From: an uncultured bacterium
GTDB taxonomy: Bacteria; Acidobacteriota; Aminicenantia; Aminicenantales; Aminicenantaceae
Assembly (NCBI GenBank): GCA_965373045.1
Contig: CBDVEQ010000002.1
Coordinates: 1-38,254, forward strand
Direction of reading: 5' to 3'
DNA: 38,254 bases
Positions 24,603 to 33,452 of this stretch are shown piece after piece. The stretch's first letter is position 1. Each line of letters begins with the position of its first letter. A program made the position numbers and the translations under genes. Under the pieces are notes generated by a model that made no database searches, had not been told where the DNA came from, and worked only from the letters and a program-made list of their open reading frames with translations.

Positions 24603-27551
24603 TTAAAAATCGAAGCCGATCCAGAATTTTGTCTTGAAGGCTCCAATCACATCAAAATCCCAAGGAGTGGAAGCCTTTGGGAATTCCAGGGCTTTGACAA
24701 ATTCAAGGTGGATGGGAAGCCCAAGAAAGAAAAACTGGAATCCGAAACCGTAAGAACCTATTGCCTCGTAAGTGATATAATCAAAATTACTTGTGTAACG
24801 GACAAACTCAGCATTATATCCTTTCAGTTTAGCCCGGGAGATATCAAAGAAGAGCGTGCCTCGTACAGGGCCGATCTGTCCAATGATCGTAGTGGCAGAA
24901 TTTATGACAGGGAAACGGAATTCGAAATTTGCATACCAACCTTCATTGGCGATGATGTTGTAGTAATAGGAAGACCGGACTTGGTTGTTGCCGCCCCAGT
25001 AAAAGATATAAGGGTTTTTCCCGCGGCTGAGAAAACCGTAAAACCGGGCTGCGAAAAGAGCGTCTTCCCCAATATAGAGATATTGACGAAGATCCAGATT
25101 GATCGTTGTATTTTGGATAAATTTACTTGATATTGGGAGGGTCTGAGCAACAGATAACCGGAAGGTGTTTCCTGCGGCCGGGCCGTAATACTTAAAGCGA
25201 GTGGTTTCTCCGGTAAGAGCGAAACTTGTTGCCAGGACATTGCCGTTGATAAAACCCATGAAGGAGGTCCCGGAAGCAGACATTTGCTGGATGAGATATG
25301 GATCAAAGAAATCTTCCTCATATCGGGTAAATGAAAAAGAGGCCTCTGCGCGATAATAACGGTTGAAAGGATAGAGAGCGGCAATGTTTGCACCGGCTAT
25401 TTTTCGTACAGCAATAGCATCCCTGTAATTGAGGAACTGATAGAGCGAAGGATCGGTGTATACGTAGGGGGTGTAATAAAAAATGCTGTAGGAATAAGCC
25501 TGGGCCATATAATGCAGGCGGCTCCTTAGGTTCAAGTAAGAAAAATTGTAAGAACGAAAGCTTCTTACCTGATAAGCCGATAAACTAAAAATATTGTTTC
25601 CCATTAGGTCAGAAAAAGCGATTGACGATCCTCCCCAGAGAGAACCGTCTGTGGATACGATGGCATCGACCGGGGGGCGGGACATAATATAAAGTTTACC
25701 CATCCCTCCAAGCGGTTTTATTTTTTCTTTGTTGATATTTATGCTGATTATAGGCTCGAACTTCTGAAATATTTCTTCAGCCTGAATCTCAGCGAAAGTG
25801 ATCGTCTTTTCAACTTCTCCTTCCAGTTCGCTTTTGAAGATCTGAAAAGATCCTTTGTTGAAGGAAGAAAAAACAATATTATTCGGCTTGTTCGGGACGG
25901 GTGTGGGAAAAAAGTTGCCGGTTCGGACATCTGTATAGCGTTTAAGTTCTCCGGTGTCGAGGTTGATGGAATATATATTAAATGATTCTCTCTGGTCGCC
26001 GGAGAAATAAATTGTCTTGGAATCAGGGGAAAAAGCCGGGGTTATTGTCTGTCCTCTGCCGAATGTCAATTGTGTTTTTTCCTTAAGATTATTAACGGGC
26101 GAGAGAAAGAGCTTATCATAAACATCGATCCGGATTGTGTAGGCCATGAACTGTCCATCGGGAGAAACTGCCGGGGCTTTTTGGAAAAGGTCGTCATTGG
26201 TCAGATTAACGATCTTTTCGGTATTAAGATTCAATTTATATATATCATGGTTTCCATTATTGAATCCGGTAAAAAGAACTTCTGTGCCGTTAGGCAGAAA
26301 ATGTACTCCGGAAGGTTGGTCTGCTGGAATTTTGATGCTTCTTTCGGTTTTTCCTGTCACTGCATTAACCATAAAAAGACAATACTTCTTTCCTGCTCTC
26401 GCGAAAAAAGCGATGTAGTCACCGTCCTTTGACCAGTCAAGATTTTTTCCCTTTGAAGCATCGATCTCATATTTTATGGATTCATACCTAAGCGTGTACC
26501 CTTTGGTTATATTTTTAATAGCCTTCCCGCTTTTGGTCGAGATCAAGACTATGTCCATATCGTTATCTTTTACATTAAAGGTCAGCGCTGCAACAATATC
26601 TCCAGAGGGGGATAATGCGTGTGAAAAAGCGAAATAATATTGATTAAGGGGAAATTCCGGTCCGATTGTTATACTGTAGTCTTCCGGGTTTTCCCGCAGC
26701 AAGAACTTTTTATGCTTGGACCGGAGATATTTTTTGAAATCATGTGAGAATTCTTTTGGGCTCTGATTGAAGACTTTTTTAACAGGCTTCGGTCTGCGTG
26801 TAAAGGACGAGTTCTTCATGGAATGCCAGAATTCACGAATTGTTGTTTTTCCATATTTTTCTTCGATGTAATCGAATACAGCATGACCAAAATCATAGTC
26901 GGCCGGCCGCGGGAGAGGATATCTGGAAAACAGCTGTCCTTTTTCTGAAAACTCGGGAATGCGGTCATTTAAAACCGCATCTCGCACGATCAGGGAAGAC
27001 CAGGAAGACCATTTTTTTGTGTTGTAATCGGCAAACCCCTCCATAGCCCATCCAGGCGGCTGGCTTACTGCATAAAGGGCCATTCCAGGGCCCCCGTAGA
27101 GAAGATCATATTGAAAAATATGTGTTAATTCATGTGATATGAGATCTTGCAGCTCATCGTCGGCTATGTCCCCGCGGATAAGGAAGCGGTAAAGTATGGG
27201 TTCTGCAAGACCCAGCACGCCCTCGGAAACCCGGACAAGGTTATTCTGCTCAAATTCCACATAAGTTCTGTAGTAGAGAACCGGAACAACATCGGAAAGC
27301 TGGTGCTTAAGCTCCTGGCTGATCCGTTTGTAGGCGCTTTCAACCATGTCCGCAATCCTTTTAAGCGTTTTTATGTCCTTTTCATAATAGTAAATATCGA
27401 AATGATCTGTCCGGTAGTGATTCCAATCGAACTTATCGTAGTTGACCTTGTTTTTTCCATAGTACGGAAAATAGATAATCTGAGCGGTTCCATGGCCTGC
27501 CCAGGCTAAAAGGAAAAAAACTATAAGTAGAGTCTTGATCGATTTTTTCAT
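24603..27551 (-). CDS. Outer-membrane protein: signal peptide, gluzincin (peptidase-MA-like) domain, PD40/TolB-like beta-propeller repeats and a C-terminal Omp85-like beta-barrel
   Basis: 982 aa with signal MKKSIKTLLIVFFLLAWAGHGTAQ. It has HExxH at DLISHELTHIFQYD and a downstream AMEGFADY Glu. PD40-like repeats include VSPDGQFMAY and FSPDSKTIYFSG. The last ~380 aa show an alternating beta-strand pattern, with GGNNQVRSS...FEFRFPV and GTLFFDISRA resembling the Omp85 barrel, and end in WIGFDF. Confidence 0.75.
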   Translation of the reverse strand: MKKSIKTLLIVFFLLAWAGHGTAQIIYFPYYGKNKVNYDKFDWNHYRTDHFDIYYYEKDIKTLKRIADMVESAYKRISQELKHQLSDVVPVLYYRTYVEFEQNNLVRVSEGVLGLAEPILYRFLIRGDIADDELQDLISHELTHIFQYDLLYGGPGMALYAVSQPPGWAMEGFADYNTKKWSSWSSLIVRDAVLNDRIPEFSEKGQLFSRYPLPRPADYDFGHAVFDYIEEKYGKTTIREFWHSMKNSSFTRRPKPVKKVFNQSPKEFSHDFKKYLRSKHKKFLLRENPEDYSITIGPEFPLNQYYFAFSHALSPSGDIVAALTFNVKDNDMDIVLISTKSGKAIKNITKGYTLRYESIKYEIDASKGKNLDWSKDGDYIAFFARAGKKYCLFMVNAVTGKTERSIKIPADQPSGVHFLPNGTEVLFTGFNNGNHDIYKLNLNTEKIVNLTNDDLFQKAPAVSPDGQFMAYTIRIDVYDKLFLSPVNNLKEKTQLTFGRGQTITPAFSPDSKTIYFSGDQRESFNIYSINLDTGELKRYTDVRTGNFFPTPVPNKPNNIVFSSFNKGSFQIFKSELEGEVEKTITFAEIQAEEIFQKFEPIISININKEKIKPLGGMGKLYIMSRPPVDAIVSTDGSLWGGSSIAFSDLMGNNIFSLSAYQVRSFRSYNFSYLNLRSRLHYMAQAYSYSIFYYTPYVYTDPSLYQFLNYRDAIAVRKIAGANIAALYPFNRYYRAEASFSFTRYEEDFFDPYLIQQMSASGTSFMGFINGNVLATSFALTGETTRFKYYGPAAGNTFRLSVAQTLPISSKFIQNTTINLDLRQYLYIGEDALFAARFYGFLSRGKNPYIFYWGGNNQVRSSYYYNIIANEGWYANFEFRFPVINSATTIIGQIGPVRGTLFFDISRAKLKGYNAEFVRYTSNFDYITYEAIGSYGFGFQFFFLGLPIHLEFVKALEFPKASTPWDFDVIGAFKTKFWIGFDF

Positions 27552-27563
27552 TGGGACTCCTGT

Positions 27564-28223
27564 TTATTTAATGAGATATCTTTCTTGAATTTGTTGGCCG
27601 CCTTGGATATCAAGGAAAAACTTATCCCTCGCTCCTTGAATGAGCTCAAAAAATGCAAAATAGGCGGTCTGATTAGGATTTTTGTAAGCCTTGCTCTCTT
27701 TAAATGTTCGTTTGTAAACGATTTTTCCGCTTTCGGCGTTGATAAGATAAAGATCCAGAGCTAGAGTATAGAACCGGCGCTGCATCAGACGCGATTCCAG
27801 GGGAAAGGGATCTTCGAACCGCCGCTTTTCTTTTTGTCTGAGAATCTTTCGTATCTCTTCTGTATATTCAATTCTGCCGGTAAGATACAGGCTTTTTTTC
27901 ATATCAGGGGCGATTTTCTTCCAGAAATCCGGTTTGTCGAATTCAGTTACGTTTGAAACAACAATCTTTTTTAATGCCACCTTAATATCCGCCTTTTTTT
28001 CAAGCTCGAATGACAGATAGTCTTGGATCTCTTTATTAATGCTAAAAGCTTTTGTTGTTTCCTTGATCAGAAAATCCGTTATGACGATCTGATCATAATC
28101 TGGAAGATCGATCTTAGCTTGGCCCGGAATCTCAAGGCGAAGCTTCCAGTGCTCACTGCTGGAGCAGGAGAACAGAGTCAAAGAGACAACAATAAGGATC
28201 AGGCTAATTTTTCTCATCTTCAT
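27564..28223 (-). CDS. Lipoprotein of unknown function
   Basis: The ORF opens at 28466, but the upstream part overlaps the TPR gene in another frame. The ATG at 28223 (or 28217) gives MKMRKISLILIVVSLTLFSCSS (lipobox). It ends 12 nt before the 982-aa gene. Confidence 0.75.
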   Translation of the reverse strand: MKMRKISLILIVVSLTLFSCSSSEHWKLRLEIPGQAKIDLPDYDQIVITDFLIKETTKAFSINKEIQDYLSFELEKKADIKVALKKIVVSNVTEFDKPDFWKKIAPDMKKSLYLTGRIEYTEEIRKILRQKEKRRFEDPFPLESRLMQRRFYTLALDLYLINAESGKIVYKRTFKESKAYKNPNQTAYFAFFELIQGARDKFFLDIQGGQQIQERYLIK

Positions 28224-28563
28224 CCTTCTTTTGTTCTTTATATCGCTTCTTAAATTTTTCATAGTTGGATTGAACATACTTGTTATTCGGACCGAGTTTT
28301 TCTGCAATGCGGTATTCTTTTTCCGCGTCCTCCAGAAGCCCCTTTTTTTCATAAGCGACCGCCAGATTGTTATGAGCCGCGACGGATTTAGGGTTTGTAT
28401 TAGCAACTTTTTTCCAGCGAAAAATTGCTTCGTCCCACAACGAACCCTGCGCAGCCTTGATTCCAAACGCTATTTGAGTTTTGTGGAAGGACCTCGTGCA
28501 GCCGGTTAGAAAAAAGGATAGACAGAGAAATAAGAGACAGTGTAAAATTGTTTTACTCTTCAT
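28204..28563 (-). CDS. Small TPR-repeat lipoprotein
   Basis: 119 aa with signal plus lipobox (MKSKTILHCLLFLCLSFFLTGC). It has two TPR-like units (WDEAIFRWKKVANTNPKSVAAHNNLAVAYEKKGLLEDAEKEYRIAEKLGP) and a Lys/Glu-rich tail. It overlaps the next gene's start by 20 nt. Confidence 0.8.
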   Translation of the reverse strand: MKSKTILHCLLFLCLSFFLTGCTRSFHKTQIAFGIKAAQGSLWDEAIFRWKKVANTNPKSVAAHNNLAVAYEKKGLLEDAEKEYRIAEKLGPNNKYVQSNYEKFKKRYKEQKKDEDEKN

Positions 28564-28769
28564 TGAAAGAAATTTCCTTTATACCGTATTAAATGAAGAA
28601 CGGTTATTACGTTACAGGCTTTTATATTCTTCGTCAAGGCAATTATATTTTAACTGCAATTTTTGTACCAATGATTAACGGAGGTAGATTGACGGGTTTT
28701 TTCTAAGATTGTTTCAAAAAGATGACACCTGTACAATCCACTTGAATTCACAGCACTTCCGGCAGGGCC

Positions 28770-28798
28770 TTGGATTTATTTAATGAATATGTTATAAA
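28770..28798 (+). promoter_or_regulatory. Candidate rpmB promoter
   Basis: TTGGAT (28770-75), a 17-nt spacer, then TATAAA (28793-98), about 35 nt upstream of the rpmB ATG. Confidence 0.35.
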
Positions 28799-28832
28799 GT
28801 ATTTTTCGGAAGCTAGATAAAGAGTAAAAAAA

Positions 28833-29024
28833 ATGCCTAAAGTGTGTAAAATATGTGGAAAAGGCCCTCAGTTCGGGCATAATGTCAGTCACTCTCATAA
28901 AGCGTCAAAAAAGAAATGGCGACCCAATTTACAGAGAGTTAAAGCCCAGACGGATTCAGGGGTTAAACATATTTGGGTCTGTACCAGATGTCTGCGGTCA
29001 GACAAAGTGAAAAAAGCAGTTTAA
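28833..29024 (+). CDS. rpmB: 50S ribosomal protein L28 (Cys-containing form)
   Basis: 63 aa: MPKVCKICGKGPQFGHNVSHSHKASKKKWRPNLQ...WVCTRCLRS. Confidence 0.95.
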   Translation: MPKVCKICGKGPQFGHNVSHSHKASKKKWRPNLQRVKAQTDSGVKHIWVCTRCLRSDKVKKAV

Positions 29025-29042
29025 TAAGTCTTTTATACAAAA

Positions 29043-29054
29043 CCTGAATTATTC
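29043..29054 (+). repeat. CCTGRATTATTC 3'-end motif copy
   Basis: CCTGAATTATTC lies 19 nt after the rpmB stop. See the copies at 8752, 16114 and 21864. Confidence 0.6.
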
Positions 29055-29057
29055 TAA

Positions 29058-31208
29058 CTAAATTCTTTCTGCAGAGAAGATCTCTTTAATCTGAGAAACA
29101 GTTTTAATTATGCTCTGTAGGTGTTCTATATCCCTGATTTCCAGAATAAGCTGGATGTGGACCTTTTTATTTGGACAGGCGAGAATCTCTGCCTTGATGA
29201 TATTTCCTCCCAATTCAGCAATAACCGCCGTGACCTTTGCCAAAACACCGGGAGCATCTTTTCCCTTGATTAGAATTTTTCCTTTAGAAGGCCTTTTAGT
29301 TGCACGGTCCCATGAAACGGCGACCATTCTGTGTTGATCCAGCCGACCTTTTTGAACAAGAGAACAGCGGAGAGAATGAATGGTAAGCCCTTTTCCGGAG
29401 GTCATATAACCAATAATCGGCTCTCCCTTGATGGGAGAACAGCAATGGGCAAGATGAACCAGGGCGCCAGTTGAGACCTGGGCTTTGATATCAGGAAGGG
29501 TTTTTTTTGTGACCTTTATAACAGCTTTTTTGAACGGTATATCCGCCTTTGCTTTCTTTTCTTCAGTAGAGAGAAGTTTTCCCATAATTTTTTGATTGAG
29601 GATGATTTTCCCATTGCCGAGGAACATATAAAGATCCTCCATTCTTTCTATGCGAACATTCGTTATAGAAGAGAGCATCTTTAGAATCGCGCCTTCTTTG
29701 TATTTTGAGACGGGCAGCCTGTTTATCTTCACTTGTTTTTGCCATAGTTTTTTCCCTACAACGCTCTGTTTTTTCCGATCCTGGAGATTCAGCCAGCGGT
29801 TGATTTGATATCTTGCTCTTGGGGTAAAAACAATATTCATCCACGTCCGGCTGGGGGCTGAATCGACGGAGGTCAAAATCTCAATAATATCACCTGTTTT
29901 TAGAATTGTCTTTAATGGGGCGAATATACTGTTGATCTTAGCTTCTGAGGCATGAAGACCGATTTCTGTGTGAATGAAAAATGCAAAATCAAGGGCCGAG
30001 GCGCCAAGAGGAAGAACAACAACTTTTCCTTTTGGCGTGAAAACATGCACTTCTTCCGGTAGGAGACCGGTTTTAAGATACTTAAGAAATTCGCGGGGAT
30101 TTTTTTGTTCTTTATAGAGATCCACCATCTCTCTCAACCAGACAAGGCGCTTATCGTCTTTGATGGACCGTGGAGCAGCTTCTTTGTATCTCCAGTGAGC
30201 AGCGATGCCGTTTTCCGCAAGATTGTGCATATCGTGTGTGCGGATCTGAATTTCAAACATGCTTTTTTGCGCGGTAATGATTGTCGTGTGCAGCGCTTGA
30301 TATAGATTCAGCTTCGGCATGGCGATAAAATCTCTAAAGCGGTTGGGAAGATGCGGCCACCGTTGATGGATGATTCCCAGCGCGGCGTAACAGTTTTTTG
30401 CTGAATCCGTGATCAGTCGGAGAGCCATAAAATCATAGACTTGATCAAATTCGATCTTCTGTCGTTTAAGTTTCGCATGAACACTGTACGGCCGTTTGAT
30501 CCGGTAAAAGATATTAACAGGGATCCGGCTCTCTTTCATCAGGCGGATCATGGTCTTTCGAATCTTTTTCAGCTCTACTTCGGCTGGTTTTCTCTGCGGG
30601 TCAACAAGCGAAGTAATCCTAAAATAATTTTCCGGGTCCACATACCGGAAAGCAAGATCTTCCAGCTCTGCCTTGATCCGGCCCATGCCTAGCCGGTTGG
30701 CGATGGGAGCATAAATCTCCAGTGTTTCTCTGGCGATCTGCCGTTGTTTGTTCTCTGGTAAAAAGGTGAGGGTTTTCAGATTGTGGATTCTATCGGCTAA
30801 CTTAATAAAGATGACCCGGAGATCATCCGTCATTGCAATAATGATTTTGCGAATACTCTCAGCATGACGTGTCGCCGGAGATGATTCCTGCACGCGGCTG
30901 AGCTTTGTTACTCCTTCTACAAGGAGAGAAATATCTTTTCCAAAAACTTTTTGGACCTCTTTGGGAGTTATGCGCGTATCTTCCAGGACATCATGAAGGA
31001 GACCGGCTGTAATCGTAGTTTTGTCCAATCTCATATCAGCCAGCATATCAGCAACCTCTAACGGGTGGCTCAAGTACGGTTCTCCAGACCTGCGGACCTG
31101 GCCTTGGTGGGCCTGTGCCGCGAAGACATAGGCCTTCTTTATTAAGTTGATGTCTTTATCCGAGAATGTGGATGTAACTTTTTCCAGGATATCATCAATA
31201 CGGATCAT
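29058..31208 (-). CDS. rel: Bifunctional (p)ppGpp synthetase/hydrolase (RelA/SpoT homologue)
   Basis: The ORF opens at 31274. The ATG at 31208 overlaps the gmhB stop as ATGA (MIRIDDILEKV...). It has the HD hydrolase motif (HDVLEDT), synthetase, TGS and C-terminal ACT-like regions. Confidence 0.93.
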   Translation of the reverse strand: MIRIDDILEKVTSTFSDKDINLIKKAYVFAAQAHQGQVRRSGEPYLSHPLEVADMLADMRLDKTTITAGLLHDVLEDTRITPKEVQKVFGKDISLLVEGVTKLSRVQESSPATRHAESIRKIIIAMTDDLRVIFIKLADRIHNLKTLTFLPENKQRQIARETLEIYAPIANRLGMGRIKAELEDLAFRYVDPENYFRITSLVDPQRKPAEVELKKIRKTMIRLMKESRIPVNIFYRIKRPYSVHAKLKRQKIEFDQVYDFMALRLITDSAKNCYAALGIIHQRWPHLPNRFRDFIAMPKLNLYQALHTTIITAQKSMFEIQIRTHDMHNLAENGIAAHWRYKEAAPRSIKDDKRLVWLREMVDLYKEQKNPREFLKYLKTGLLPEEVHVFTPKGKVVVLPLGASALDFAFFIHTEIGLHASEAKINSIFAPLKTILKTGDIIEILTSVDSAPSRTWMNIVFTPRARYQINRWLNLQDRKKQSVVGKKLWQKQVKINRLPVSKYKEGAILKMLSSITNVRIERMEDLYMFLGNGKIILNQKIMGKLLSTEEKKAKADIPFKKAVIKVTKKTLPDIKAQVSTGALVHLAHCCSPIKGEPIIGYMTSGKGLTIHSLRCSLVQKGRLDQHRMVAVSWDRATKRPSKGKILIKGKDAPGVLAKVTAVIAELGGNIIKAEILACPNKKVHIQLILEIRDIEHLQSIIKTVSQIKEIFSAERI

Positions 31209-31819
31209 TGTCTTTGCAGGCCCTTCCTTGAGAACCTGATCTTGTCCTTGTCGTTTTCTTGAGATAATATCCAATCAACAGCATGGAGCAGATTATTAGC
31301 TATATACACCGGCCGAACACGCCCCTTTTTTAGCCGCAGAAGGGAATCTTTTCCATAGCCGGTTAAAACAAGCACAGGTTTGGCGCCGATATTCAATCCG
31401 AAAAGGAGATCATCGACTTTATCGCCGACCATATAGGAACCGGAGAGGTCGATATTTAAGTCTTTAGCTGCTTTTAATGCCATCTCCGGATTGGGTTTTC
31501 GACAAGAGCAGTCCTTCTTGTATTTCGGATCAAGAGAGCGCGTATAGTGAGGACAATAATAAATGCCGTCAATACGGGCGTTCTGGGCACTGAAAGCCTG
31601 GATCATCTGTTTGTGGATCTTTTGCAGATTCTGCTCCTTAATAAGCCCTCTTCCGATACCGGATTGATTGGTGATGATGACGGCAAGCAAACCTGCTGAA
31701 TTCAGCTTGTTCACCGCTTCAAAACTGTATGGGTAAATATGGATGGATTCGAAGGAAGCAGGGTAGCCTACATCTCTATTGATATTTCCGTCTCTGTCCA
31801 GAAAAACAGCGTTTTTCAT
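31205..31819 (-). CDS. gmhB: D-glycero-D-manno-heptose 1,7-bisphosphate phosphatase (HAD-IIIA)
   Basis: The ORF opens at 31909. The ATG at 31819 overlaps the waaF stop as ATGA. It has the FLDRDGNIN HAD motif, the Zn-site-like YYCPH...CSCRKPNPEM, and GDKVDD. Confidence 0.88.
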   Translation of the reverse strand: MKNAVFLDRDGNINRDVGYPASFESIHIYPYSFEAVNKLNSAGLLAVIITNQSGIGRGLIKEQNLQKIHKQMIQAFSAQNARIDGIYYCPHYTRSLDPKYKKDCSCRKPNPEMALKAAKDLNIDLSGSYMVGDKVDDLLFGLNIGAKPVLVLTGYGKDSLLRLKKGRVRPVYIANNLLHAVDWILSQENDKDKIRFSRKGLQRQ

Positions 31820-32820
31820 GATAAAAACCTCTGACAAGCCTGGAATACTTCCTTGGGTTGGATGGACAGCATACAGCGGTGGTCGAAGGGACATTTCCTG
31901 TATAAACATGGCCAGCAGGGCGCTTCTTTTCTTATGATCAAAGAGGGGGGCTGGAAAGGACCGGTCACCCTGTGATCCGTAGGGCCAAAGATGGCGATGA
32001 CCGGGGTTTTCACCGCATTGGCGATATGCATCGGGCCGGAATCGTTAGACACGAACAGGGAAGCGTGATGGATCAATGAAGCTAATTGTCGCAGGGAGGT
32101 CTCTCCGGTCAAGACGAGAGGTTTCCTTGTAAGCTGTGAGGCGATCGTATCAGCAAGAACACGTTCTTCAGGGGATCCGACAATCACGATGTCTGCATTG
32201 CTTTGTTCCTGCAGCATCTGAGCAAGGGTTATAAAGCGGGATGTGGGCCACTGTTTTGCCGTGCCGAAAAACGCTCCTGGATTCAACATGACGATCGGAT
32301 TATCAAAGCCTATTTCAGATGATCGAAGCCTGTCATATGCTTTTCTGATCTCGTCTTCCATGAGCGGCAGGGACAGTTTAGGATTGTCCACTGCAAGGCC
32401 GAGGCCGGAGATCAAATGCAAATAATATTGGACATGGTGACGTTTTTCTTCGAATTTTGGAACACGTATCTTACTTGTCAGGAGGAAAAAACGGCCATCT
32501 CGGTTATAACCCCATCTTTCCGGAATACGAGCCATGTAAAACATCATGGCCGAAACAAAGGAGTTGGTCAGAAGCAGTCCTATATCAAAATTCTGTTTTT
32601 TTATTTTTTCGGCCGCCTGTTTTAAACTGGATATTACGGGTTTATCTGGAATACAAAAGATGTGATTAATAAAATCATACCCGAGGTACAGATCTTTGAC
32701 CCAGCCTTTTGCAGCAACCCAGATTTCCGCCGATGGATAATTTTGATGAAGGCAGGATATTGCCGGGAGGGACATGACGGCATCTCCGATCCAATTCGGC
32801 GCTCGGACGATTATTTTCAT
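31816..32820 (-). CDS. waaF: ADP-heptose:LPS heptosyltransferase (glycosyltransferase family 9; WaaF-like)
   Basis: 334 aa with the N-terminus MKIIVRAPNWIGDAVMSLPAI, and LVSNDSGPMHIANA near the C-terminal domain. Adjacency to gmhB supports the call. The II-versus-I (waaF vs waaC) assignment is tentative. Confidence 0.75.
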   Translation of the reverse strand: MKIIVRAPNWIGDAVMSLPAISCLHQNYPSAEIWVAAKGWVKDLYLGYDFINHIFCIPDKPVISSLKQAAEKIKKQNFDIGLLLTNSFVSAMMFYMARIPERWGYNRDGRFFLLTSKIRVPKFEEKRHHVQYYLHLISGLGLAVDNPKLSLPLMEDEIRKAYDRLRSSEIGFDNPIVMLNPGAFFGTAKQWPTSRFITLAQMLQEQSNADIVIVGSPEERVLADTIASQLTRKPLVLTGETSLRQLASLIHHASLFVSNDSGPMHIANAVKTPVIAIFGPTDHRVTGPFQPPSLIIRKEAPCWPCLYRKCPFDHRCMLSIQPKEVFQACQRFLS

Positions 32821-32891
32821 GCTTCTTTTATAACCCCTCCGCTAATCTTTGCCGGCTGGTCCTGATGTTGATTGGCTGCAGGCCAATTATA

Positions 32892-33170
32892 TTAATCTTT
32901 TGTGGTGTTTTTCTGTTCCGCTGGTTTAGAGGCTGGTGATTCTTGGGTCTTTGGGCTCACTTTTTTTTCCTCAGCGGTTGAGCGGTCTTTTTTTAGCGCA
33001 TAATCCGTGACATACCATCCCGACCCTTTAAACTGTATGGCGGGAGAAGAAATGAGTTTGTTCACCGGGCCTCCGCACTGGATGCATTTTTTCAACGGCG
33101 GCTCGCTGACTTTTTGCAGTACTTCAAAAACGGCACCGCACTCTGAACATTTATATTCATGCAAAGGCAT
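32892..33170 (-). CDS. FmdB-family zinc-ribbon protein (CxxC_CxxC_SSSS type)
   Basis: The ORF opens at 33200. The ATG at 33170 gives [53 protein letters not shown], the canonical family N-terminus. Confidence 0.85.
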   Translation of the reverse strand: MPLHEYKCSECGAVFEVLQKVSEPPLKKCIQCGGPVNKLISSPAIQFKGSGWYVTDYALKKDRSTAEEKKVSPKTQESPASKPAEQKNTTKD

Positions 33171-33255
33171 TTGTCTTCTCCCGATATTATGAAAAGCCAT
33201 TATAGCAGAGCCGGAAGCATTTATCCAACCCCGATTTATTTATGTGTCGGGATTA

Positions 33256-33284
33256 GGCCCGCCTGAAGGGTAAAAAATGCCGAT
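33256..33284. repeat. Dispersed repeat unit A, copy 2 (inverted)
   Basis: GGCCCGCCTGAAGGGTAAAAAATGCCGAT is the reverse complement of the 16235..16263 unit (26 of 29). The 13-mer AAAAAATGCCGAT (33272-84) also occurs in direct orientation at 16127..16139. Confidence 0.8.
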
Positions 33285-33317
33285 AATAAAAATGGCATTA
33301 CAGGATTCAAGGATGCG

Positions 33318-33347
33318 AGGATTCTAGGGTTCGAGTGGGAAGAAAAA
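33318..33347. repeat. Dispersed repeat unit C, copy 2 (inverted)
   Basis: AGGATTCTAGGGTTCGAGTGGGAAGAAAAA matches the reverse complement of 16731..16760 (26 of 30). It is preceded by the half-copy AGGATTCAAGG. Confidence 0.8.
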
Positions 33348-33452
33348 GAAAAGAGATAAGAGTTTTTTAGGTTCTTTGAGTTCGTTGTGTTCTTTGGGTT
33401 ATTTCAATAAAGTTTAACTCAACAAACCCAATAAGCTCAATGAGCTTTTCTT

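Noticed and set aside
24477-25130. 217-aa plus-strand ORF and 163-aa minus-strand out-of-frame ORF (24902..25393) overlapping the 982-aa gene
   Set aside because: They overlap the C-terminal barrel region of the long, coherent 982-aa ORF. The plus-strand ORF would also start inside the dnaA leader and DnaA boxes. I saw no domain signal.
32851-32867. Hairpin ATTGGC-TGCAG-GCCAAT downstream of the fmdB-like gene, as a possible intrinsic terminator
   Set aside because: It has only a 6-bp stem and no U-tract on the minus-strand transcript. waaF starts about 30 nt further on and is probably co-transcribed.
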